A stretch of 64,000 nt of DNA from Antedon mediterranea (GCF_964355755.1 NC_092672.1:19853237-19917236), one strand, 5' to 3'. Counted from the stretch's first letter, positions 32,466-46,146 are shown. The notes: generated by a model from the letters alone, not told the origin. Program-made: numbers and translations.

Positions 32466-33108
32466 TATTCTTTAGAAACGTGTAGCTTAAACAGATCTGA
32501 TATCAATGATCAGTGGCCTCTTGTACCTGACAATGATGGATGCAGCCTGTTTGGTTCTCATTGCTTTTTCTCAGTGGGTGAAAACGTAGGAAGGTGCGTT
32601 CCCACTCTGTTTGGTTATCCAGAAACAATTCCCGTATCGGATGAGTGCTTTCAACGATGTAATGTTGACGCGGCAGTATGTGAGCCTATGTCGGTAGAAA
32701 TCTTGTCGTATGCGACATGATTTGATTATCGTATACAGATGTGTGTCTGTTATCGTATGTTTGTGATACGTCGTATTCTTATTTTGTTTTCTAAATAAAA
32801 CTTTCTAGCCAAAAAAGAAAAAAAAATTGTCGTATGCAGATGTGTGTCTCTTATCGTATGTTTACAATGTTTTAATATTTCTGTAATAACACACTAGAAA
32901 TCGTATTTTAATTTTTTAAATTATTTGTTTTCGGTCATAATAATATTATTGACAATGGTGCGTGTAATACTGTTCTTGATAATGAAACAAACATTAAATT
33001 AACATAGCTAAACTATTAACACATCGATGGTCTTTCTTGTTATGCCTGGGGAAGCGATATGGAAACGGTAGTAAAACAGTGTTAGAACATTGATCCCAAA
33101 CAGGAATA

Positions 33109-33759
33109 ATGTTGCTAAGATACGAAAAGGAAAAGCAGAAAACTCAAAGCAAAGAATACTTTGAAGAGATTTGCAAAAGAGTTGTGTTGACCAGAGGCTA
33201 TGAATTGCATAGAGCCAGGCACTCATCGTTTTACGAATATTTATCGTATACATCTGTATACGATAATCAAATCAATTGCACGTTGTTCCCAGAGCAGATT
33301 TACGGATTTCGAAAAGTATTGAGTTTCATGCATCAAATTATAGCACAGCCAGAAGATTTATTGAGAAAACCGATATTGAAACTGAAAAGGACCACTTGGC
33401 AGTGCATCAAGAGCGTAGACTTTAAGGTTGATTTTGGCGAATTTATAGAAAACGCAAACATCGACGTCTTAACCATGTATCATAACGTACTGGGTGGTAT
33501 TAAACGTGAAATGAATAGAAAAGACAGTTTCCTACCAAACACTCTATTCGATGTCATAGAGAACATTAATGTGCCACATGGACTCTTGTGTCTTCCAAGG
33601 TCTTTTATAGCAGCCACACAGATGGCTATGCAAAAGGAATATAAATCTACCATGAAGAAATTACATTCCCACGTGACACCGGAGCTCATACAAGAATATG
33701 CTACATTCACTCCATCGGACATTCTGAACGACATACGCATTTTGAAAGGTTCTGTCTAA
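33109..33759 (+). CDS. Intronless orphan ORF, 216 aa, unknown function (possibly viral or large-element derived)
   Basis: Longest ORF in the track; non-repetitive, protein-like composition; flanked by further degenerate same-strand ORFs. Confidence 0.55.
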   Translation: MLLRYEKEKQKTQSKEYFEEICKRVVLTRGYELHRARHSSFYEYLSYTSVYDNQINCTLFPEQIYGFRKVLSFMHQIIAQPEDLLRKPILKLKRTTWQCIKSVDFKVDFGEFIENANIDVLTMYHNVLGGIKREMNRKDSFLPNTLFDVIENINVPHGLLCLPRSFIAATQMAMQKEYKSTMKKLHSHVTPELIQEYATFTPSDILNDIRILKGSV

Positions 33760-35589
33760 AGACAGCCATTCTTTTCTTGTTATTCGGCCGACTTTGACAT
33801 TCGATAGAATGTGAAAATCCCTTTATATGCTGGGATGAGGAACATAACCGACTTGAGGAGGAGCCAGCGTTTTCCGGTTTTTTTAAAAATTTGTACTTCA
33901 GCATTGTTGAAACATAGCTTGCGTGCTTTCCTCACATATATAATAAACATATACCTAATAATAGTTTTTATAATTTTTGTTTCATTAATGGCTTTCAAAA
34001 TCATCATAATGACAGAAGATGAATGTCGATAGTATTCGACAGAACAGAGTCTTTTTCAATGTACTAAGCAATGTGGGATGGTAAAGAGTTGGAACAGATT
34101 TCAAGACGATTAAGATCGTGTAATGAGTATCCAAGTATCAGTTTCGATTCATGAAGCCTAACGGATTTTCATGTTTGCCGAGAGTGATGGTAGACTGGTA
34201 TTTGCCTTCAATTCAAGGACGTCACCATGTACGTTGTAACTTTACAGACGACTTTGAAGAGCACTTTACAAACAGGTGAAATGATGGATACACAAAGAAA
34301 TTTGAAGTTAAGTCAACGCGTTTGCTAAACACCTGTTATCGTGCCAGGGAGTGATTTACGGCAGCGAAATCTGTCAGCCGATGTTGTTTGGACAGTATGT
34401 AGCCGAACATTCATCTATAAAATTGGCCATGAAACGGCAAAAGATAATCGCTCACGTAAACGGCAAGCAAATATTTGCTTGGAGAATGCTACCAAACCGA
34501 GTCGTTGAAGGCTGTCAGGATGCATGTGTTCTCTTGGTAAAACGCAATCTGCAAAATGTATCATATGCTTCACAAAGAAGTAGCGTTATTCCATCCATAA
34601 TCCGTACACGTTACCTACATCTTTAATAAGTCGTTTGTTATACGCAGTTCATTGTTGCTATATTATTATTCATGGAGAGCACTCCCGGATCACTTCATTA
34701 TTTCTTATAGTACATTTTGAAACAATTTTAAATAATACAATGTTTAACTAGGTTTTATATTTTTTCTATATATTTTGGTATTAATGAAAATAATGTATTT
34801 GTTATGTATATTGGAAAAGATATATAAAAAGAAATATGATTTACAATAATATTTAAATTATTTGTACTTTATATAATTTGACACACGCACATACAAAGAC
34901 GCAGACAACTGATGGGTAAACTTTTACTTTGATTAGAAGAATTAAATATTGGATTTGATATATAATAATTCTAATTTTTGTTAATTATAATCACAGACAA
35001 AATGAGATTTTAGGCTATAGTAATCATTCATAATACCGTAAGCACATTTGTCATAAATGTAGGCCATACAACATTGGAATGTCGGTCCTTGACTCGCTAC
35101 GGATTACCGTAGGTTAGAGCCTGTTTACACGTATGGGCGTAACGCGTAAGCCATGGTGTACGCATTGCGTAGCCTACGCCTTGCGTGTGAAGGCACTTAC
35201 TACGCCACGTTCGTGGCGTTAGATAACGAGCCTAACGCTGTGTCGTTTGTTCAACAGTCCATTGTTTCTTGATAATTTATTTATTCAGAGCACACCGGAA
35301 CACTTTTTTTATATAGTATATTTCTAAACATTTTTATATAATACAATTTTTAATAACCATATAAATTTTTTATATTTTGTAATGACCAATTGATGATTAT
35401 TTAATTTGTAGGCCTATATTGGACAAAATAAAAATAAAATATATTTGACATATTATTATTTGATATAATTTAACGTACGCACATAAAGAGACGCAGACAA
35501 CTAAACTTTACTTTGATTAGAAGTAATAATTGTTTATTTGATTTGATATAATAATTCTATTGTTTGCTACCTCTACTCTAAGACCCGTA

Positions 35590-35695
35590 AGGTCCGTATT
35601 AATGACTGGACTATCTCTGGATTTAGTCTTGACAATCTTTAGTCCTGGACTAAACCAGTATTAAAATCGGCAAAAGATAGTCATGAATACGGGCC
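35590..35695. mobile_element. Short MITE
   Basis: ggtccgtattaatgact / agtcatgaatacgggcc inverted ends. Confidence 0.55.
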
Positions 35696-36943
35696 AATGT
35701 GATTGTGGCTACACTATGCAGTCATTCACAGTACGCATTAACCTCAACAACAGTCACTGATCGTTTTATATTTTAGTACATATAGATATAGATATCACAT
35801 ACCAGTTCATAAATCACATTTAGTCCAAAAATATCATAACCAGCAACTACAATTGAAAAACATTCATGTCAACAAAAAAAGCAACTTACAAATATATTAA
35901 TAAACAACTTCACTTAACAGGTCTGCCTCATTATTTAAGCCCTTAATTTCAAAACTGAACTTGTCATGGCACACAACAAAGCGGCAAGTACGCCACCAAT
36001 ATTTTGGAACGTAAGTGATAACAGTTATCAGACATTCAAACACTCTCCGTTTATTTAAGTGTTGATATACTATTTGTTAGCAAAGTGTATTTAGAAGTGA
36101 TAGTGAGTTTACAGTAGGCCTGTAAAGATGGCCTATGATTGTGTAAATGCTATTTTAGGAAACAAATGCAAACTTTATGTCTGTTCTCTTATACTAGTAG
36201 GCCTACTTTAACTAAAATCATTTTACATTGGTATTGTCTTGCTAAAAGATGTTGCTAGTAGTTGTACTCAAACATGTATTGTTGTCCCACAAAAACATGA
36301 AAAATGAAGATTAATTAAATCAGACTTTGAATAGGTTATTTTGTAGTTTTTAATAAAGTTAATCAATTCCGTAGAAAAAAAAAATGTTTTCACTTATAAA
36401 ATAACATAATAAATGGTTAAATTCAACCAAAAATCCATTGGCTGGCAGCCAATTTGACCATTTTTGCTTAAATACATTTTTTTTGATCCAATTTATCCAA
36501 AAGTGGATAACTATCATGTGACATTAAATGGCATATTGAAAAAGTTAAAGTTAAAAATTATTTTTCAGGGGGGACAATACATCTTTAAACGAATTTTTTT
36601 AGGTTTAATCAATTTAGTAGGCCTAGTAACTATATGGTCGCAAACAAGTGTATTTTGATTGTATGAGCATTAAGCGATTGATTATTCAAACTTTCGCTTG
36701 TCATTTAATTTAATTTAATTGTCATTTAATATTTAATTTTAATTGGTTAAAACAACGAAAGGAATGTGCTCACCCCCACAACTAACGTATGCACTATTTT
36801 CTATAAATCGATAACAGGCGTAAAATCAGAAGTAAAATAGGCATACAACTTATTTTTCTAAGCATGCAATTTGGGTAAAAATACACACAATTTTTCAATA
36901 AAAATAGGTAGTCTGGGTAAAAAATAATATAAAAATATATTAG

Positions 36944-37198
36944 TTTAGATGACAAATTTCGTTTTTGTAAAAGCACAAGTTAACGGAGTACTTACTTGAA
37001 CGTTTCGATCTCTATCAGAGATCCTTCTCAACTGACTGCGGAGTGTTAATGCAGCTTGGTCAACAGCAACACTCCGCAGTCAATTGAGAAGGATCTCTGA
37101 AAAGATCGAAACGTTCGAGTAAGTACTCCGTTAACTTGTACTTTTACAAAAACGAAATTTGTCATCTTTACAAAATCGAAGCTAAATGAAATTCTTTC
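36944..37198. mobile_element. Inverted-repeat insertion with 12-bp TSD; Penelope-type pLTR pair with hammerhead-like motifs
   Basis: About 100-bp arms 36947-37047 and 37068-37167; AAAATATATTAG at 36932-36943 and 37199-37210; each arm has TTGAGAA-G-GATC-loop-GATC-GAAAC. Confidence 0.72.
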
Positions 37199-37654
37199 AA
37201 AATATATTAGGCCTAGTTGTTAAGGTTTTTTTTTTAATTGTTGTAATATTGTTTATGGGGCCCTCAAAACGACAACAAAACATAATAATGGCATAAAAAT
37301 GGCAAGAGGCATTAATAAAAAGATTAAAATGTAGGGCTACAATAAAACAATGTTAAAAATTGGATTAATTAATATAAGTCATTGCAGTCATTTCCCAGGT
37401 ACGTACTTCTCAAGATCCAGGTCATAGAATGTAGAGTCGCCCACACCCTTCTTTAGCAGCAGCACACGTGTGTGATGGCATGATGGCTCATCAAAAAAAG
37501 TTCTCAAAATGAAACATGTATTTATATGGGGTGAACATGTTGTTACGTTTGTTACCGGTAATATTTTATGGTAATTAATAATTTATAGAACAGTGAATGT
37601 TAGGAAAAAATGGCGAAATAAATGTAAGGGTACACTCAGCTACTAAACTATAAT

Positions 37655-37990
37655 TAGGCCTAGGGCCTAGGCCTAGCCTAATACTACGTACTAGCTAGGC
37701 CTAGGCCTAGCTAGGCCTAAGTGTCTCTAGGCCTACGTATGTAGGGTGATGTAGGCCTAAGGCTATACTATAGAGTACTAACTACTTTCTCTAGGCCTAG
37801 GCCTAAATACTAAATACTACTAACTAGGCCTACTTATGTAAGTTGATGTAGGCCTAAGCTAAGGCTATACTAGACAAAAAGGGTGCTAGAGTAATAGATA
37901 GGAGGAGGAACAGGTAAGGCTGGACCAGGCCTAGTAGTACAAGTTAGGCTTATAGCTAGCTAGATACTGTTTAGGCATAGCCTACTAGGA
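37655..37990. promoter_or_regulatory. TAGGCCTA/CTAG-rich island with a candidate splice donor (CAG|gtaag, 37913); possible 5' end of the downstream gene
   Basis: Dense palindromic aggcct/ctag words outside any recognised TIR pair; candidate non-coding exon 38626-38666 follows. Function is inference. Confidence 0.3.
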
Positions 37991-38324
37991 TCATCATAAT
38001 AGCAGTTTTCATACTGGAATTACGGAAAAAGGTTAAAGGTTTCAAGATGGTTTTAGGCCTGGGGTTAAACCATATAATATTTATATTATAAATAAAGGAA
38101 GTAAATTCATTGGTTAGTGTTCATTAAATATCTTTGTATCAAAATTGATTAAATTCACAGCGTTAATGAATGGTGGCACAGAATAGTTAGCTCTTGTTAA
38201 GAAAGCTAATTGTAATACTTTACTCTCTGTCCAAATTAGCTATTAAATCAAATCAACATCACTGGCAGAATGGCAAAGCATACCAGGTACACACACACTC
38301 ACATTCCTATTTTTCTAAGGACAC

Positions 38325-38472
38325 AATTACAACTCCACTCCCAAAGACTTGTAATAAGACTTTGTTTATGTAGAGCATCTTGTGTATATGTTTGTCTTGT
38401 GAACCTAGCTCTGAGGGTCCCTAATGATCAGCAATTGCTGGATGGATCACCCTCATTAAATATGGTTTAAAA
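38325..38472 (+). repeat. Interspersed repeat (SINE/LINE 3'-end-like); inverted copy at about 63150-63290
   Basis: gagggtccctaatgatcagcaattgctggatggatcaccctcattaaatatgg followed by an A-rich tail; reverse complement present at 63150-63290. Confidence 0.7.
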
Positions 38473-38865
38473 AAATATTAAAAACTGTAAATCAAGAAAA
38501 ACAACATAAAAAAGTACGTCACAATGTGTACATCATCATCATTTCATAGCCTTTGTCAGCTTATTGATCATGTCATCTGGACTGATTTTAATAATATTTG
38601 TTTTTCTCTTTTATTCTCTATCTAGAAAACCATGACACTTTTAACTTTTAAATCCCTAAAAATAAGGTTACATTATTATAAACACTCATACATAGAATTT
38701 GTCAAATTTTATATATATTTATTAACATAGTAAATAAGTCAATACAGTAATTGTGTCATATTTGTTGTGATTGTTTGTTATCCACCAAACATGATAAATA
38801 TTTGTATACATTACCTTTTTTTAATACATCATTAATGATCATAACTGTTTAAATTTGTAACTTTA

Positions 38866-41185
38866 TCATTTCATTTCATTTCATTTATTTCAATATCATT
38901 ATCACAGCCTTAGCTGAATTACAGAGATATTTACATTTTCTCAATATTAAAATTTGTATAAAAGTATAAAACCAATGATAATGATATAAAAAAGGAGGCA
39001 ATTTACACAAGAAATACAATACAGGAACATTCAAAAAGTTTAGCTTAAAATATTAAAATAGAAAAAAAAACACCTAAAAGCACCAATAAGAATCGCATAG
39101 CTGTACTGGGTGATATATACTGATTATTCATATTGGCCCTGTTTCTGCTGCCAATCCCATATACCGTATAAATATACCGTATAAATATACCGTATATATA
39201 CCGTATATGAAATTCGTGCACTGTTTCCGCTGCACATACTTCATGGGTGGGCTGTAAAAAAAGTTGGCTTTTATACCCAAAATGCATTTTGTGAGACGGA
39301 AGTATGGATTGACCTAGAGTCTCGTGTAGTGAGGTTATATGACAAAAACAAAACAATGATGGTTTCTCAAAACGTCTTAGCATTGCTTTCTATTTTAAAT
39401 CTAATGATCAGAAGTGGCAACGAATTTACATCACACAAACAATCTAGAAATGTAGAATGGGCATTGACTACATTTATGCAAAGAAGACGACGGCGTTTGC
39501 CGATAACTTTCCTTTGGCGTTATTAAGTCTACAACAAATTCTGCTTTTATTTTGTTTGAGATACTTTTGTAAATCTCGGTATCTCTTCTGTTGCCATGTA
39601 GTCTCCCCCCAACCTTGGTTCCCCCCACAATTGAATTGCAAAAATAGTTATTTCTTCAGTCCACAGTGATATTTTGATCTGTTGCTTGCTTATTATACAC
39701 GTGTGTGTCAATGCAGCAGAAAAACCAAACAAACGCGTCACGCTCTGTTAGTTTTTGACCTCGTGTCATGGGCCGGGTCACATATACGGTATATTTTGAG
39801 TGCAGCAGAAACGGGGTACGAAATATACGGTATATTTTGGAATATACCGTATAATATCCACAAACGATGGGGATATTTATGCGGTATATATACCGCATAT
39901 ATATACGGTATATTTTTTATGAGACCCATTTCTGCTGCCAAAAAACATACCGTATATAAAATATACCGTATATATACGGTATATTTTTGGCAGCAGAAAC
40001 GGGGCCTTAGAAGCGAGATAAGGTATGGTATTGCACTTTTTCTATATCTTTCAACTCTGCATTTGGGTTGTTGATACTTTACACGTCTTAGTTTCATGTT
40101 ACTTACATTCTTCACTGGAAACCATTTTCCAAAATGAATAGTTTTTGAACAATTCAGAGCAAACTTATAGCATAGATTATGCCTTCTATCAGATAAAGAT
40201 CATTGAGTGCTTGGTCATAACATATGTAGTCATTACACAATATTATTCTGCAAGCCCTTTTTTGGACAGATTCTATCATATCACTTTGTTTCTTAGTGAG
40301 ACTAGAATGCCATACTGGGACAGCATATTCAACACTTGGTCTTATGTAACTCTTAAATACATCTACAAGATCAAATTTCGGAAGATTGAACTTTCTTAAT
40401 CTACACAATATATGCAGACGTCTGCTGGCTTTGGATACAATTTCTTTAACATTACGGTCCCATTTGAGGTTAGCTTGTATCCATTAGTTTCATTAACGAT
40501 TTCAATTGTAGCATTACCAATCAAAAGGGGTTCATGTTCATATTGATTTCTTTGAAAGTTAAAATACATAGTTTTACATTTAGTTGGGTTAAGTTTTAGT
40601 TTGTTTTCATTAGACCATACATTCAGTAAAGCAATATCATTCTGAATTGAGGAAATTTCATCCTTTTTTACTATCTGTCCTATGCACAAATCATCTACAT
40701 ATTTCCAAGTTTTACATGGCGAGTCTTGCATGGCATCATTAATTAGAGCAAGAAAGATCATAGGCCCGAGGAGCGTCACATGTTAGATTAACACTCATTA
40801 ATAAGGTGGATTTATAGCGTACTTGTTGGGTTCTGTTTGACAAAAAGCTAATTAACCACGGTACAATTTCAGGTCTACAGCCAAGTGTTACTAATTTAGA
40901 AACTGCTATTGTGTGGTCAACACCATCGAATGCTTTACTAAAGTCAGTTAAAACTAACTGACCAACAGATTTGGGAATGTTACTACCTTCATAGAAGACA
41001 TTTAGTAGATCAACCAAATTATGGGTTGTAGAAAAGTGTTTACGGCAACCATATTGGTTGTTATCAAGATTTTTCTCGATATCTGTTAAGAGCCATTTTT
41101 TAATGAAGCCCTCGGCTACCTTAGCTAGGATACATGTAAGCGAGATTGGTCGAAATTTGTCAACCCTAGTAGAACCATTTTCTTT
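38866..41185 (-). mobile_element. 5'-truncated, frameshifted non-LTR retrotransposon (RT domain) with 3' UTR and (TGAAA)n tail
   Basis: RPISLT, QYG, DFSKAFDGVDH, LGPMIF, KYVDD, LNPTKC, YIRPSVEYAVPVW, RYRKSAIPY across ORFs 40739-41233, 40396-40779, 40154-40408; AATAAA plus tandem tail at about 38866-38890. Confidence 0.92.
39135..40006. mobile_element. Non-autonomous PIF/Harbinger-like element inserted near the 3' end of a LINE
   Basis: TIRs ggccctgtttctgctgccaa / ttggcagcagaaacggggcc; second copy at 1-806; TSD not clean. Confidence 0.82.
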
Positions 41186-42452
41186 ATATATAGATTTTTC
41201 CTGTTTCACTGTAAATGAAATGATAAAATGCACTTTGTGAAGTGAAACAAATTAATGTAATAAAATTCACTTAATGAAATAAATTAAATCAATAGATTTA
41301 AACTTAGATTACAAATACTGCCACCAGTGTCCCAACATTTGAGATCACTTCTTTCTTTTAAATACTGCCACCAATGTAAGCTTATTTGTTATCTTTGCTG
41401 TTCTATATTTGTAATCAATACAAAGGTTAAAGTTTAAATATTACCTTTTTATGGGTTCTCTGCCTACAGCGTTGAGCCTAATCTAATACTGTTTTACTTA
41501 AATTGTACCAAGGGTTCTTAAAGCTTATTCACATGTCTACATTAGACGGAAGTTTTTCAATTCAATTGTTATTTACAGTTTTGCTGAAAGAAATTGATAG
41601 GTTGCAAATTAAATTGATTTAACAAAGTTACAAATGTGAATTGAGAGATTGTTCCAAATGGCTGGAATGACATTTAAAAAGAATATTTAAGAGAGTTACA
41701 ATGGAAAAAAAGGATACAGAAAGTGGGAAAATCTCTTCTTTGATTAATAAAGTATTAGAGACCAAAATGTTTCATTATTTTGTGTTTTAGCCTAGAGGGC
41801 GTTGTTAAGAATTGTGTTGTTAATTGGTCAAACATTTTAAAAGATTACTTTGTACTGTTCATATTTATTTACAGGGTGTGAGTGAGTGTAGCTACTGTAT
41901 GACACAAAGTACAATGTTATTGAACTTCCTTCAATATAGGTAGCTTGTACTATTGACTATTATGTAATTTGCATATTTTGAGCTTTGCTGTCACGTGACT
42001 ATACAATCACTCAATCAATTTTCAATAAAATCATTAAATTCATTTTTAAACATTTTATTTGATTAATTTATTCACCATGTGACATGATCAAAAAGAAAAA
42101 TCAATATGCATCTGTAGTAGTATAAGATGCTTTTATTAAAATGTCATTATAGCACACGGCAGAATTGGAAGTAAAGTTTCACAATATAATAAAAAATAGT
42201 TGAAATGGTAAATCATACAAAATGAAAAATCTATACAAAATTAACAAATTAGGATAACAAGAAACAAACATAATACAAATAAGATAAAAATTTATTTGAC
42301 ATTGACATTATCTTATATTATGACCTTTGTATTTTCTATTTATTTTACCTTGTCTTTAACCAATATTACATATGAAATTGTAGTGCAATGATAAAATGAA
42401 AGCAAACATTAAATCATGTGACTTTGAATACTTGATTGACGCAGACAATTTA

Positions 42453-43392
42453 TAACAATTCTTGTCCAGTATTGGTCTTCATTTCATATCTTTAAAAGTA
42501 AAATGTTTACTGTAGAGTATTTGTGTTGTAGCTGTTTAACAATTCTTGTCCAGTATTGGTCTTCATTTCATATCTTTAAAAGTAAAATGTTTACAGTAGA
42601 GTATTTGTGATGTAGCTGTTTAACAATTCTTGTCCAGTATTGGTCTTCATTTCATATCTTTAAAAGTAAAATGTTCATTATAGAGTATTTGTGTTGTAGC
42701 TGTTTAACAATTCTTGTCCAGTATTGGTCTTCATTTCATATCTTTAAAAGTAAAATGTTTACTGTAGAGTATTTGTGTTGTAGCTGTTTAACAATTCTTG
42801 TCCAGTATTGGTCTTCATTATTTCATGTCTTTAAAAGTAAAATGTTTACTGTAGAGTATTTGTGTTGTAGTTGTTTAACAATTCTTGTCCAGTATTGGTC
42901 TTCATTATTGCATATCTTTAAAAGTAAAATGTTCACTGTAGAGTATTTGTGTTGTAGCTGTTTAACAATTCTTGTCCAGTATTGGTCTTCATTATTTCAT
43001 ATCTTTAAAAGTAAAATGTTCACTGTAGAGTATTTGTGTTGTAGCTGTTTAACAATTCTTGTCCAGTATTGGTCTTCATTATTTCATATCTTTAAAAGTA
43101 AAATGTTCACTGTAGAGTATTTGTGATGTAGCTGTTTAACAATTCTTGTCCAGTATTGGTCTTCATTATTTCTATATCTTTAAAAGTAAAATGTTCACTG
43201 TAGAGTATTTGTGATGTAGCTGTTTAACAATTCTTGTCCAGTATTGGTCTTCATTATTGCATATCTTTAAAAGTAAAATGTTCATTATAGAGTATTTGTG
43301 TTGTAGCTGTTTAACAATTCTTGTCCAGTATTGGTCTTCATTATTGCATGTCTTTAAAAGTAAAATGTTCATTATAGAGTATTTGTGTTGTA
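42453..43392. repeat. 84/87-bp tandem array, about 11 copies
   Basis: Unit taacaattcttgtccagtattggtcttca...; yields periodic 28/29-aa spurious ORFs. Confidence 0.95.
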
Positions 43393-46146
43393 CCTGTTTG
43401 TCATGTTGGTTTACCTGCTTGTCTTTACATTCTATTAGTATGTTAAACATTTTGTACAGTAAAGAGTTAAGTTGTACATTTTACCCAGTTGTTTCTTGGG
43501 CAAAGTGTAATAAATAATAATCTTTATTGAAAATGATACCTTAATATTTTCATCTGTTGCAACTCATATTACAATTTCTTGAGTTGTAGATTGTATACCT
43601 TTAAAATCTCCTGTCTGATTCAGCAGCCGGTTATCTAATGTATACATTTTAGTTTTCTTATAGTTGTTTAACTTCATAGGTAGAATAATCATGTTGTCAT
43701 GCTGTATGTCATTGAATTGAATGGGTTCATACAGCACAACTTCGTTTGTTTGTATTAATATTCATATGATCATTTCTTTGGTTTTTTGCCTGTAAACATT
43801 CAATTGGTTAGATTTTGTCTTGTCTCTCATTAAGTAGGCCTACTAAAATTGTTTAATAAAGAATATATTTAACACCAAATATTAAACCAGGCTTTGTTGC
43901 ACTATTGTACTTGTAGCATTAAATATAGTAGGTTTATTTATACTTTTTTAAACACTCTAAAGTAAAATTCACAATAAACTAGTTACAGTTTGTCTTCTGT
44001 CTTTATACAATTTTGTTTCAATATTACTATCAACCAAATTACAAAAAAGTGTATAATTTACTTTATTAATTTAAAACCAAAGTTGTTTTTTTAAATCTTT
44101 AAATTCAACGATCAAAGTCTTTTATCAGATTGTCTGTTGACTGATTAGCAGTTGGTTATTTGCGGCAATTTCAACTCTGTATTTTATTTTATTTCATGTT
44201 GGTTTGTAGTTGTAATCAACTAAATGATAAGAACAAAGCAAACACTAAGTCACGCTATGTTATAATTTGTATAGAATCCATTGAATTGCACTGGTTATCA
44301 CTATATAAATAATGATATAAAAGTGTTTGGTCTTCTGTACAACAACCACTTGCATTCAACTTTTGAAGAGGAAACGTTGCATATTTTGGATTTATTTTAT
44401 TTTAGCATTACCACTGTAAGTGTATGTAGTACTTGTAGGTCTAAATAATGTTATAACATTATTTGATAGAGAAAGCATTGGTTGAGGAAAGTGTTGATAG
44501 AGAAGACATTGGATTTTATATTTACTCTATTTCAACATCATGTTATAACATTATTTGATAGAGAAAGCATTGGTTGAGGAAATTGTTGATAGAGGAGACA
44601 TTGGATTATATATTTACTCTATTTCAACATCATGTTCAGTTCTTGTATATTTATATTTGTTACTTTCAAAATTAGAGGGAGGGGTGCTTTTATTTAGGAA
44701 AAGGGTGGTTTAAAGCCACAACAGTCTATAGATGATTCTAATGATGTTGATCAGATTTCTGTAGAAGCTAATGCACTTGTCAATTGTATGACCCACTATA
44801 CGACAAGATTACATGGTTTTGCAAATATTTTTTTCCCCATATTTTTTAATTCCACAATTTTTCCAGTCATTTTAATTTTGTAAAGCTTGGTTTACACTAC
44901 ACTTAACAACTTCTTGTGTTTGTACTACAATTCAAAAGGAAATCATGTGTAGGAGTTTTGTAAATGAATTGTAAGAATTCTAAAGTGAAATTCAATAGAA
45001 TACTTGTGTATTGTGCTTCTATATTTAATAAGTGCACAGACCGTGGACACGTTTTTGTGATATCAAAGTCAGGTACTATTCATTGTGAATACTATAATAG
45101 AAATATACTCTAAAGAGTAGACAGTTGGTGCTATGATTTGATTGAATTCAGACAACTAGAAAGTCAGTCCAGTTATTGTGAATTATAAGATTATTCCAGT
45201 TTAGTCAATAATAATGTAAGTTTGCAATGTAGATGTGAAGTACAGTAAGAAATACAGTATATTGCTAGTTTTATAGATACATTTTTATAAATTTTATTTT
45301 ATTATTTTATAATTTTGATTAATATTAAGAGTAAGAGTTTTAAGGAAGAAGGAAGCTGAAATAAGCTGGTTGAGAATTGAAATGTTTGGATACAAGAGAA
45401 GAAAATTAAATGGGTTGTTACAACAGGATATGTCTATGTTTAAAGATTTAACGTTAAACTTACATTTTGTGTTAGTTTTGCTCATGATTGACAGTTTTAT
45501 TAAATTCAGACAATGCTAGCTAATAGAAACAACTGTTGTTAATGCCAGCATAGAAAAAAACCCAACAAAAAGCCTAAAGAGAAAATGCTCACCAGTATAT
45601 AGATTAACAACAGAAAGCCTGAAAGAGAAAATGATCAACAGTATGTACATTTAGGAGAACACTTTAATGTAGTTTAACTCTATTTCCTTTAACATATCAT
45701 GTTTGATAGCCTGATAAATTGTATACTTCTTAGTCAATGTAAACTTAGGCCTATACTGTATCGTTTAAGCTGCTTGGTTGGTTCTGTAGGTCTGTCAGTC
45801 TTAAAAATTTAACATGTTAAATCTGATATATCAATTGATTTCTGTAGGTCTGTCAGTCTTTTAAACATTTAACAGGTTAGATCTGATATACCAATTGATT
45901 TCTGTAGGTCTGTCAGTCTGTTAAACATGTAACAGGTTAGATCTGGTATACCAATTGATTTCTGTAGGTCTGTTAGTCTTTTAGACATTTAACAGGTTAG
46001 ATCTGATATACCAATTGATTTCTGTAGGTCTGTCAGTCTTTTAAACATGTTACAGGTTAGATCTGATATACCAATTGATTTATGTAGGTCTGTTAGTCTT
46101 GTAAACATTTATCACATTAAATCTGATATATCAATTGATTTCTGTA

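Larger units (their letters stand above)
28050..34626 (+). pseudogene. Degenerate intronless ORF cluster interrupted by P-like MITE, Harbinger-like element and L2 LINE
   Basis: Frames rejoin across insertions: ...KMVL|TKISII... and ...DKAKERF|DAIGGYS.... Cys-rich frame about 32495-32720; further frames 33808-34626. Confidence 0.5.

Noticed and set aside
42671-43517. ORFs of 151, 92 and 86 aa with periodic Cys-rich sequence
   Set aside because: Products of an 84/87-bp tandem repeat whose period is a multiple of 3; some units contain stops and no splice context was seen.
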